DNA of 64,000 nucleotides from Ruditapes philippinarum (Eukaryota): NCBI RefSeq assembly GCF_026571515.1, contig NW_026855093.1, positions 62,001 to 126,000 of the forward strand, read 5' to 3'. Shown piece by piece: positions 23,631 to 36,392 of this stretch (position 1 is its first letter; each line of letters starts with the position of its first letter). The notes under the pieces were generated by a model. It saw only the letters and a program-made list of their open reading frames with translations, ran no database searches and was not told where the DNA came from. The position numbers and the translations under genes were made by a program.

Positions 23631-24809
23631 ACTCTATCTTAGAATAAATGTTTTCTAGAAAATAAACATGACCAAACCAGAACAACGTTAATTTAAATGT
23701 TTATCCGTTAATCTAGAGAAAATATTACAGCGTGATAGAAATAAATGTTTAAGTAATATTGTTTAACTTTAAATTGTATAGTTAAATGACTAACACATGC
23801 TCATTGTTTCAATAAGTTCGTTGCATGAACCATGACAGTCAAGTAGGAAAATTTGAAAGAGACCTCGGGCGTCAAGTAGAAAAAATGTGATAAAGACCTC
23901 GAGCGGGTTGAATTTTATCAGAATACCTGATTAAAATCATGGCTTGTGTAAGAAACCAATATCGTTAATGGCTTCCCCGATGATTTGCGAAACATGAAAA
24001 TTAAATTGAATCGAAGTTAATAAAATTGTGAATATAATTGTTTTATGATTTTTATTTTGTTTTGTCAAATCTGATTTTAAAATATAAACCATATACTTTT
24101 ATTGCCTTTAAGTAAATATTGAAGTTATATTTAGATACTGTTGTCAAAATTGAAATTAATTTAAGATAAGCCGAAATTTACATCGTCGCAAGTAAAATAT
24201 GCATAATGAGTTACAACATATAAATTTGTACACATGTCAATTTTAAAATGTTACAAAATTCGATAATTTTTACAGAATTATTGTTTCCATCATGAATACT
24301 GTGACGTCATGTTATGATGATGTCTTCAAAAAGAGCGCATAACGTTAATCGTCAATTAATATGAAATAAAACTGTTAAAAACCCCATGAAATAAATGTTA
24401 ATTTTGTTTGTTAAGTGTTCCGTTACAGATTTCAAACTGTTTTCATTTGCCATGTTCGAACTATGTTTTCCATTTTTTTCTTTAACAAAAAAGAAAGAAA
24501 AGAAAAATTATAACAGCAACAGAAAAAAACAGCAACAAAATACAAATTATTATTTTTTATGTACTAATAAATAAAAAAATGACATATATTTATGAAATAA
24601 AATACGTATTTTCATTTTCCGTATTTTCACTGTAAAATATTTTTCACTGCAGTTAAACATATTTTCCGTATTTTCACTGGTGTTTGCCGGACTACTTTTT
24701 GCTATATTTAGCCAATATACAAAATTTGAGGGAAAGTCATTCAAATTCTGATGTCAAATTAGAGAAATTGTATAAAATAAACAGAAAACTCAAGTTATTC
24801 TATAAATAC

Positions 24810-24945
24810 AGGATTTATTTTCATCTTGGTATGAAAATCATATCATATTTCACTCGTGGCTACCGCAACTCATGAGCTTTGTTTTTCCTACCACTCGATG
24901 AAAATCAATGCTGTACTTATCGAAAAAAATGAATATCCTCTATAT
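24810..24945. mobile_element. Degenerate Crypton-like palindromic end fragment
   Basis: 'tttcactcgtggctaccgcaactcatga...ccactcgatgaaaat' imperfect palindrome. Confidence 0.4.
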
Positions 24946-25495
24946 ATTTGAAACTCTATAATATATAATGTACTACAATAATAAGTATTATTCTGATATA
25001 CTGATATAATATATGATTAGTTTTTATAACGAAAGAACATTGTAAGTTAGATAAAAAAAAAGAGAAATACGTTCGGATGCATCAAGAAGTACTCATGTAA
25101 GTTCCTTTTTTCGTTTCATGAAATTGTTAATGAAATGGCAACTCATAAAATATTCTTTTATCAATACATTGTCATGTCTTGCTTAAAAATGAAAACGTTT
25201 GTACAAGCTTTGTGTGTATTTTGAAGTATATAAATATATTTTTAAACATATTTCTTTGTTGACATTTGCTTGGTAATTGATTGTCTACAAAGATGACACT
25301 TTTGATTAAGAATGAAAATTGTTTTAACAGACTGATTGTGAAATTTAAGCAGTTTAGTTTTATACGATCTTACTGATACCTTATCAGAAAATAGATAAAG
25401 CGATATAAGACAATAGGTCAGTATTCATAATTGTTTCTCATTCATATTATCTCTCCGACAGAAGACAAATCATAAGCTCAACATACAGGACTATA

Positions 25496-28400
25496 ATGAA
25501 GATATTAGGTTTGAAGATTACTTTTAAGGATTTCCATATAATATTTACAAACCATTGGTACGTAAGAATGTTTAAATTTATATCGCAACGCGTTTGTCAC
25601 ATCGATTTCCACTGGATAACCGTGAACTGTATGTTATTCAAATACACAGCCGATGTACATTTGAAAAGTGTCTGTCAGTTTGTCTGTCTGTCTGTCTAAT
25701 GATATAAGGTCGCTTTGAGACGAAACATAAGCTGATACATTTTGTACCGAATGCTCAACAAGTTTATTTGTGTTTCTTTTCAATAAATTGTACATGTTAA
25801 GTTATGACATTCTATACTTACATAACCATCATGAATATTAATTTTATAAAACTTACACATTGTTCATAACTTAATAGATTTTTTGTAAATCCAATTACAA
25901 AGGTAGTATTTTAGATGTTAATTTTGATTCTATAATTATGAAACATTTTAAAATCTCTCTTAAAGTTAAATAAAATGCATACTAATATATTTTATTTTCA
26001 TTTTCCTCATAGGTGTCTCCCTACGTTTCTTACTTTTAATAAAAACTGTCGGTACGTATTCTCTTTCTCTAATCACATACATTTATATCAAATTTGTAGG
26101 TCACCAGGACTCATTTTGTATCTCTAGTTTATTTTGTAAGCAACAGAAAAGGAACGCCATAAACATATAACTGATTAATGGATACATCTAATGATGTTTT
26201 TGTTGTAAGGGGCTAAACAACTTTGCACATCAATAACATCTTGTTTTATTCTAGTATTCTTGATAATAGTATCAGGTATTAAAAAGTAAACGTGTCGCTG
26301 ATTCATTTTATGACCATCACAAAATGATGTTATGCTGCTTATTTACATAACAATCTGATTGTTTTCGATTATGTTTAATTACAATTGATTATAATTATTC
26401 TTACATATAGTCGACCTCTATTATAAAATTCCTGGATAAAACACTCAGTTGCAAAGGAAGTTCGTACTAGATTATTTATATATTCTCTTTTCTTACCGAA
26501 GCATAATAGTGGCCAGCTTTGTATAAAATATTGCCGGAAAGTGATGGCAATAAAATGCTTTACTTGGTGAAATTTGATAATCTCTTGAATTTATTCAATC
26601 TACTTTGAAACATTATTTCAAAAGGCAAACAAACACATTAATAAAAATGCACTTATGCAATTTCTATTGCTCACTATTCTGCTGTTTAAACATTACAAAA
26701 AGTCTGATTATTTTACAAGTTTCATTGTCAACCATTGTAAATTCAATACATTTTTGCAAATTTTGAAATCAAATATGCGAATATCATCTGTAAAAAATAT
26801 ATCGAATCTTCGTGCAGCCAACAGCACATTTTTCTTTTGCATCTTGTAGTGCATTCTTTAAGAGTTGTTATTTTTTAGACATTCATTCTCTTTAAACACT
26901 TTTTATCAGATGCTTTCCAATGTTTCTCTTGTAATCAAATTGATGACCCGTTGCTATGTAACAAGACAGTCACTTGCTCCGGAACACAAGAGGTATTGTG
27001 CATTATGTTAATTCATGATAAGATTTATCATATAATCGGCTTTTTTGAACACTTTTTTCTTTTCAAATATGAATACATTTGATCAATTTCACTTAAAACA
27101 ATGTGCAACAAAATACTTTGGATAAAAGTGAGTAAATGTCAGACACGGTAAAAGAATAGGACATATTTAAAAATTGTGGTCTATATTTTATGTAAATTTC
27201 TAAACAAAAGGTTTCTGTACTATACATTTTGACATATTTCTATATGTATTTCATACTGGACAAGACTACAGCACATTCAATCGTTTATACACATTTAAAA
27301 TTATACTTGTATGAGAAGTTTGATAATTGTAAACTTCATTTCTGTCCTTATCATCAAAAACGAAGTGATGTTTAAGGTATAATATAAAATTTAATGTCCT
27401 ATGTTCCGTTTTACAGTTTTGCTACATGCATGTACAAGAGGGAATCTATGATATGGGATGCTCTGATAATAAGGTTAATCTTTATTGTTTCAATAATCAA
27501 TTAAACGAGCAGGAATCATGCCTGTAAATTTACTTTTATAACAATTCTTATGTAACACCATAATAGATATCGTTAAGTAGCAATTTAATGTATTTTTTCA
27601 ATTGAATGTACATTCTTTCCAGCTTTATAGATAATCTGGCATTCTTGTTATGGACAATCAATGAAATATATCAAGTTAGCTAAATAAGATTTACAGCGTA
27701 GAAACAGTCCGAGTGAGTCTTGGCCAACAATTTTTCATGGAAAGTGAAAAAAGAACACTTAAGAAAAAAATAAAACAACAACAACAATAAATCAACAACA
27801 AAAAACAACAACGACAAACAAGAACTTCAAACAAATTAACACAAACAGTAAATATGAACAAGAAAATCTACATGAAATTTCTAACAATCTAACAATGCCT
27901 CGAACGCATTAATTTGCCCTAAGTTATTAATATTTAAACTACCTAGAATAATTTAGGAGTAAATGAGAGGCATGTCCCATTGAACCCCTAACCAAGAATG
28001 CGGCTTACACATATATTTAACGCAGTAGCCAGCCGAACGGCAAACAGCAAACTAAAAAAATATGACGCTAATAGTGCATATTATCAATGAGACAACTGCT
28101 AGGCATTTATACTCCGGTTGATTGGGATCAGTGGAGAGAACTAGAATATTGCGTTTTCTTAAGTCTATACAGAATACTCGCCCCTGGGGAGAATACTGGG
28201 ACAATATATTGAATGAAAATACAAATAAATTTAAATATTATAAAAATGAAATAATTGTTATGGATTTATATTTAAAACATAAAAAAGATTCATCTCGAAC
28301 ATTTTTAACGGGTTCTATAAGTTGGTGTCCGTTAGTCGTGTTTTGCTTACCATTGATTATCGAATGCAGCGCAACTGTTTTGATAATATATTCATATAAG

Positions 28401-31400
28401 ATCGCTTGAAGTTAGACTATGACAAAATAATTTTAATAACTATAACATGTCAACCAAGAAATAATATATCCCAAACAGTGATTTTATCGCTGAATAAAAT
28501 CACTGTTTTGAGTTCAGATGTGACAAATTATATCACGAGGGCATAGCCCGAGTGATATAACGATGCGCATCCGAACGACCAACAATGATGTTATCAAGCA
28601 ATAAAATCACCGATTTGGATTCTAACACGACATCAACAAATAAAATTACTGCTGCCGTACCTGATGTCAAGCAAAATTGCGCCTGATTGGTTTGCGTACT
28701 TTTTTTTAGCGCGTCGATCAGATTTCTTAGTGGTTACGTCACATGTATAATGATTACGTCACAAATCTACAAATCTAAGTATAGAATGTCTGTAACTTTA
28801 TTGCATAACAACGCGCACTTTTGGTTCTTCTAATTCAATATTTAGTGAAAAATGAGGGTCGTGTTTGAATAACAAATAATTTACATAGGCTACCGATCTA
28901 ATTGAAGGTAATTTTATTTCTCATAGATTTCTGTCACTTGACATAATATTAGGAATAACAATATTAAGAATATCTGAGTGTAAAATTGTTAAAGACATAT
29001 ATGTCCTCTCTTTATGCAAAAGTTAATTGATACGCTAGTTATTGACTTCATCCTTGCCTTTTTTCATAACTGAAAAAAAGTACAACGACTGTCGTTGATA
29101 GTAAGTATAAACTTGCCGCACTCTTTGGTTAGCAGCACGGACCCGAACGTACAGCCACTTCCTTAATTTAAACAAACCTATCCATTGACTAACGGAATGA
29201 AGTAGTAATACAAAATTGGCTACCTTATTCATTCGAAAACACGAACATATAGCCCTATCGCATAATGCAATGTGGGTAAACAGAACTTATACACAAATCT
29301 TTTTTATGATATTCAAATATATATGAGCCATTGAATATTCCTCTTTTTCTTCTATACACGTTGTTTTATACGTATATCATGATTTGGTTTAGCATTGCGG
29401 AGGCGTTCCTGACATAGGCATCGTTGGGCGGGGCTTAAAATATGTCCAACCTTACATACGCAGCGAATACGATACTCGTATTTTATTGGACCGCAGATCT
29501 TCGTATTGTGCTGAGTGCTGCTCTATGGATAATTGTAATATTGATCTTTGTCAACATTTGAAACGTAAGTAGAATGTCGTTTATTTTCATTTACTCCTTT
29601 CCCATAAAAACTAATATATAGTATAATTATGATGGTAATAGAGCTCGATTTAGAAACGTGACATCCACTAGTGGTGATTATTTGATATTATGATCGTATA
29701 ATTGACTACATATGAAAATAGCGAAACTAACATATTATTTAAGTTACTTTTACGGTCAAAACTTGCATGTATTTGTTTTCACATTGACTGCCAGTATGCT
29801 TTCAAGCCATTTGCCATCGTTCTCGCGGTATTTGCAAATATTAAACAAGTTAATTAGCTTACATGATTTGATGTTATATTTAAGAATATTCTTCAAATTT
29901 ACAACTGGTTGTTATTCATGATATGTGAAAAACAGCTATAAATTATTCGTCAAGATTAGAATATTTTGTATCAAATTGTTATCTTTAATGTTTTTTTGTA
30001 ACATTTGTTTTTTTTGTGTTTGTTCAATATATTGTTAAACAAAAAACCTGACTTCTTTACGTTTCCCTTTAATGACAATACTGTGGAGTCAGCTACTTCT
30101 TTCCACTTAATTTAATTGTTTGTACTGGACATTGTAAGCTATTTAGCAAGATAATTTGATAAACTGTTAAGTTAGAAAAAACCTTTAAAATATCCTTCTA
30201 AAGATTGAAACTTTATAAAACTTAAGACATTTTTAAGTATTTTCATTCATTGAGTAAAATGAGGAACACGAACTAAATATCGTTTCAGCAACACAATGTG
30301 TTGATGATGAAACTGTTGATTGTGCAAAGATGAACTCGATCTTCCACATCTGCAATGACACACATCAAGCCAAACTTGTCTGTCCGAAATTCTGCAACTT
30401 ATGCAAACTTGGTAGGTACACGATACAGATGTTTGAGTAGATATATTGAAACAAAACATGTTTCAATATTTTCTGTTCATGTATGTTATTTGTATGTGTA
30501 TTTCATTGACAAACACTAATAATGACGGGTTAAAATTGTATGTGTGTCAACACTATGAATAAATCTATGAGAACAACAGTTACTTGCAATAATGGTGAAA
30601 AATATCGTATCCTATTAACATCATTCGATTGCAATACATACACAGTTCAACTACTAATGCATACACTATTTTAATATAATACATTTAATATGTGATATGC
30701 AGGCTTCAGAACCTCAGATCCCCTTTCAAAATTCCATTTTATTTAGTTCCGCCCATTGTTTTCTCGTTTAGGGCACACGCATTTTTTTTTAACTTAGGGA
30801 CCATATGCCGCTTTTCATGGAATGGCACTCACGTGTCACATTGAAGGTTCCATGATGACGCCATATAAACACATCTGCGGATGTTTCAAATTATAAATTT
30901 TACCAGTTCATGTAAAATGTTGAATTCTGCTTAAGCCGGTGCTAGGGGGCGTGGACGGTAGTTTGCATTTGACAGTACCATTCATGAACAGGCTCGATCA
31001 AACCGAGCCTGAAACATTTTTAATTTCGCCATGTTCGGCTTTCCTTAGGGATTCTTACTTCATTCTGTTAAGCCTTACATTTGGCATCTTATGTACATGA
31101 TGTCGTGGTAAACTTGAGTTGATTTAAACAAAGATTGTATAAACACATACGCAAACACATTTCTTCAGTCATACATCATAAGTACTGTCTTTACACGGAC
31201 GACACTTTTTTGTAAAAGTAATATGCAATTATCTAATTACCTACTTACTAGATATTACAGTTATTACAATTTCATCTTATTTATAAATCAGTCATTGTAA
31301 CAATCCTATTGTAATTCACAATGATGGCGTAATGATATTCTTTAAAAGAGATAGTTCAATGTAATTGTTTTCTTAACGTCTAAAGTTTGGACAAAAATGG

Positions 31401-33493
31401 CAGTATGAAGATGATATCATTCATTTTAAATTGTGAACAAATATATCAAAAAGTTTTGTTAAATATCTTATTACATATTCAGTTGATGGCATATGGGCAG
31501 AATGGTCAAATTGGGGTACATGCTCGCTTAAAAGTGATGTGTGTACGCAATCGAGATTTCGAACATGCACCAATCCTGCTCCTGCTTTTGGAGGACTTGG
31601 TTGTGAAGGAAGGAATACTGAAACCAGAAAATGCTCAACCCACTTTTGTCCTGGTAATACTTTTTTCTTAGAATATACTTTTCAATATACTCTATTGCAT
31701 GTTTGTCTAAAATGTTTTTCTTCTCCTTTCGGTATGCATAATACATAATATATCAGTGGGCTGTTTATATTTTGTCCAGAATAATATAAAAAGTAAAATT
31801 ATTATTATTGAAAATTGTTAATTATGAGACATTTGGAACAGTATACCTTGAAATATTCGCAATGTAAGAAACATTCAAATAACCCATCTTGATGAAAACA
31901 TAATGAATCATGCAATATACATATGTGTTCAAATTAATTGTTGAGTGTCAGTTGAAAGTATATGCATGAATCAATGAGATAATTCAGTTAAATAAACTAA
32001 TTGAATTATCTTATTCTAGAAATTATAAATATTATACTTGTTTAAATCATAATATTAGTCCCTATATATGCATGTATTGTTGTTTTTACTTCTTTTTCAG
32101 GCCACATTTGAAATATATATCTATATGACTGCTCTTGTATATTCATAATGTGTTACCTTATCTAAGTAAAGATACGTTTGTCATTGTAATAATTATCTTT
32201 TAATTATTCAAATTGATATTTAATATACAGGAGTATGTGCTGGAAAAGAGTACTTGAATTCAAGTTTATCAAACGTTGCTAAAGGTAAAAGCGTCACATT
32301 GAGTTCATTATTCGACTCAATTTCTCCGAGATCACTTATGGTAGGTATTTCATAAATCTATGCACTTAGAACTTATTTGCATTTAATTGATTTATTTACT
32401 AGTAAATAATTAATAATTTAAATTAGATTATTAAAGTATTTTATAGTAAGTTGATAAAAAATCAAGGTATTGATTAACATGTTATCATTTATTAACGTAT
32501 ATTATGTTAATATGTAAATCATCCAATTTATGAATACGATAATAAATTAATTTGTTTTGTATTTTGTTTATTTATAAATGTATCCGTTAATTGATTTATC
32601 TTACTAAATTAATTTATTGTCTTTTTTAATTTAAGTTTAATTGATACAATATTTCAAGTTTTAGTTCAAATTTAAACTCATGTACTCATGCGCGTTATAG
32701 GAAAATGCCACCCAAACTTAACTTGGTGATTCACTAGTATTAATCATATTTCGTCTTAGAAAATCACACAATCATACTTTATAAGTAATACTAAATAGGG
32801 TTACACAAAAACACTTGGAATTTATTTGTTACTTTTTTATGGCAATGTTCTGTTAAAGATAATAAATATATCGACTACTGGACCATATGTTCTGTTCCTC
32901 TTACTTTACATTTCATCAGTACTGCTTTATTATACTTATCATAATTTATTACTTTAACAGGTGGATGGAAATCGTGACAGCTCCTGGCCATGTGCTTGCA
33001 CTTTAAACAGTGATCATCCGTACGCCATTGTCGATTTGCAGCATCCGTTTAACATACTTTCCATGTACATTGTAAACAGAGGAGACTGTTGTCGTAAATA
33101 ACACGAATACATTTTATCATCTGCTAAATTTGGATACAAATTAACTGTCTTTCTAGATCCAAAAGTACTTAATTTATGTTGATCTTTAATGTACCTTAAA
33201 TAAGCAATCGGAAAAGTTACAGTATTTTCAAAAGTTATCTTTGGAGACGGAATATTTGTTTTTCTTTTGGCTCTAATAAACATATATTGCTTTCAGCTGA
33301 ACGGCTCAATAATTTGGCTGTGTTCGTTGGAAACTCAACATCAAGTTTGAGCCTTGCTGCACAACACCCAGGTCCTATTGGTGCAGACTGTATCTTAGTA
33401 TTCGATTCAGCAGTGCACGGACGATATGTAAAACTACAAATACAAGGCGTGTCGTATCTAACAATTTGTGAACTCGAAATATATGCTGAATAA
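25496..33493 (+). CDS. Secreted mosaic protein, 365 aa: signal peptide - Ly6/uPAR (three-finger) - ShKT - thrombospondin type 1 - F-type (fucolectin) lectin domain
   Basis: Exons 25496-25508, 26013-26051, 26910-26992, 27417-27473, 29393-29564, 30289-30411, 31483-31653, 32231-32340, 32961-33093, 33297-33493. All GT-AG, phases consistent, 1098 nt open. Motifs: MKILGVSLRFLLLIKTVDA|FQCFSC...CCSMDNCN; CVDD...CPKFCNLC; WAEWSNWGTCS...RFRTCTNPAP; NVAKGK...VDGN...NRGDCCPER...GRYV...LTICELEIY. The two 5' micro-exons are the least certain. Confidence 0.88.
28470..28640. mobile_element. Crypton-like palindromic element end in intron 4 of the mosaic gene
   Basis: Nested inverted repeats: aaacagtgattttat...ataaaatcactgttt and ttatatcacgagggc atagccc gagtgatataa. 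Confidence 0.55.
30692..31065. mobile_element. Family X repeat, near full-length copy (reverse orientation)
   Basis: Matches 51528-51860 directly, and 3935-4215 and 63100-63375 as reverse complement. Confidence 0.8.
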
Positions 33494-36392
33494 AAATTTT
33501 CATCCCAAAACTGTTTCTTTCGAAATGTTTCTCCATACGATATATCCCCCTTACCGCTTCAGGGCGAAAGTCCCGTAAGGAACCATGGGTTATTTCACAA
33601 AACAAACAAAAATCAATACAGAAATTTATTGCAATAAAACCAACAATTTTCAAGAAACTAAACTAAATCAGTTTGGATCTGTTTCATACAAAAAGCAGTA
33701 ATATGTAATACTTGTGGTAATCATTAAATGATTATTACAAATTTTGCATACAATACATTTTGTTAGTATAACTTAGATAACAAACACATGAAATTAAATG
33801 TTACTTCAATGCGACTAAATAAGCGACTGAATATAGAAATAGTAAAATATATTATAACATACTCCAAAGAATCAAACCTTTTCTGATGGTTTAATACTGC
33901 TTATACCGAAGCATGAGGAAAATTCACTCTTAATAGCCGCTGTTTATAAGGCCCGATCAAATCGAGTCCACATATTCCTCCTGTTTCTTTTTCCAAGAAA
34001 GCCTTTTTTCTGGCATGTTCATACATTTTTTTCATATAAGCACATAAAGAAGAAGCAAAAATGGGATACTCGTAATTAAACGATCATGAACATTGCAGAG
34101 AATTGAAAACAATTTTTATGAAGACAGACATCAAACAGTTCTCATATCCAAGAAATTTTATACTCTTAAAATTTGAGTGTGTTGAGAATTTCAAAAGACA
34201 ATATGTGTATGTATTGCATAAGAAAATGGCTTGACATTATGTGTATCCCTTACATAAACTTTTTAATAAAAAATAATGTCAGATAACGTATTTATGACGT
34301 TGGTGCATGGGACAGATTGCGTTAAATGGTAGTGATATAATTTGTTTTATTGTATTATCAAATTAGATTATTTCATGATGGTTGTTGGCATGTTTTTGCA
34401 GCAATAGCGATTTGAATATCAATGATTTTTTTCTTAGAAGAGCGCTGAGTATTTTGTATTTAAACGCTGTTGTCCATGACCTATTGGGTCCAGCCCTTGT
34501 ATATAATGGGCAATAAAACTGACATTTTCTTACACACACCCATTTACTGTTATACATGATTAAGATGATACATAGCAGAACATTAAATGATAAAGCAGAT
34601 TAAAAGCATATAAAACAGGGACTTGAGTGTATTGATGGCTAAAGAGAGAGGCTGAAACAAAGTTTCAAAAGCATAAGAAAGTAAGAAAGAAAAGCTAGCC
34701 TAAAAAACGTTACAGAATAAAAATGTCTAGTATATCGCTGCCTGAATCGTCCATTTCTTACTCTGACAAGTCTCAAATAAAGATTGAAACTAATCAAAAT
34801 ATGATATTTTTCTAAAACGTTTATTCCATCGACTTTTTTTATCTATATGTTCGTTTTGGTGGCCGGTTGTGGCAATTTCAAACCCGCAAGAATTTGTATT
34901 GTTTTAACATAAAAAGTGGCGGGCAACCTACAAACCCAAGAGATTTTCGTACAAAAAGTCGAAAGGAACGTATCAACCTCGGTATTTTATAACAATTGTT
35001 TGAAACAGCGAGTGACATTTTGATTTCACTGGCCGGTAGCGTCAATAGTTTAGCATTATATCACAGTTTGTCTATAAAAGAGTTGAGGAACAGAAAGAAA
35101 TCCGCTACATCTTTTGCAAGCGTTACATAAATTCTACAAATGTCGAGGGGAAAAATTATAAGCTGCGATATTTTGTTCCTCAACAACGTTCTCATAAAAT
35201 ATCGCTGCGAATAATAACAATTTTCAGTCGCGACTGTTTGAAAGAGACAGTTCACGACGTAAAAACTCGAGGCTTTTTACTGCTCAAACCTAACTTTTTA
35301 CAAGGTATGCATCAAAACAAAATATCGCGGATTATAATGGACGCAATCGGTTACTTTTTAAATAAGGCATATGTTCTCATGGCTTTTGTTATATTCCTGG
35401 ATGTAGTGGGTAGTGTCTGTTGAACATCACAAATTAGTGTTGTCACACCTTTAGTTCGAACTAAAATCTATTATTTGTGGAACATTGTTTTTGTATGCAA
35501 GTTGGCAATCAAGTGAAACCGTGGTGGAAAACAAAATAAAAAGATCAATGACTTTAAAATGACTTTTAATATAATTCCCCAAATACTAAGAAACACAACA
35601 CTTTGTCTACTAAGTACACAGTAAAAGCCGCAGTTTCATTCGTAAAACTCGATAGTTGACGACAGACGTGTGACAGAAAAACCTCAAGAGTTTATATAAG
35701 CCGCGACATTTTAAAAAATGTCGACATAAAATCTCGCTGATTTAAAATTGCACGCTATACTTTATAAACTGACCATAAAATGTCTCGCATGTTTCAAATG
35801 GAGCATAGTACGTTGAAAAGGACTCTCAACAGAACTGCGGTAAAATGTGTCAACACTTATATTAAAGTGTATAAAGCTATATATTTGCTTCAAAAAATAT
35901 TGTTTGAATTTTACAAAAGCATACTTCCAAAAGGCTTGTATGAAATAAACTGAAATTGTAGATAATTGCCTTAAAAGCGAATGACACATGCACAAAATCA
36001 TAACTAAACGGATAAAACCCTACTTAATATAGTAAATTATATTTGTTCAGGAACACTTCATTCTGTTTACGTACAATATTCATGTGTTATATAACAGAGA
36101 CATTCTATGTTACAACTTTTTCGGGAATCAACCATGTAATAATGGCACCAATATAATTTTACTGTTGGTAAACGTGATAAAATATTTTTTAAGATACAGA
36201 TTTATACCCTTCAAAACATTTTTAGAGGAAATAATTCATTTGAATATTCCAAAGAAATGAAATTTGAAATTGTGTATTTTCTAAGAAACTTGTTCTTTAC
36301 AGGTCATCTTTTAAGGTACAAAACAATTTATGATACTCCCTACGTTATGGTCACAATTGACTTGTGTATTAAACAAATATCCATCACTACAC

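Larger units (their letters stand above)
11348..23786. repeat. Tandem segmental duplication, unit 2 (contains IFI44-like copy B)
   Basis: Colinear with 1258-11349. Longer because of four private insertions (solo LTR, SINE, two elements of about 1 kb). Confidence 0.95.
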
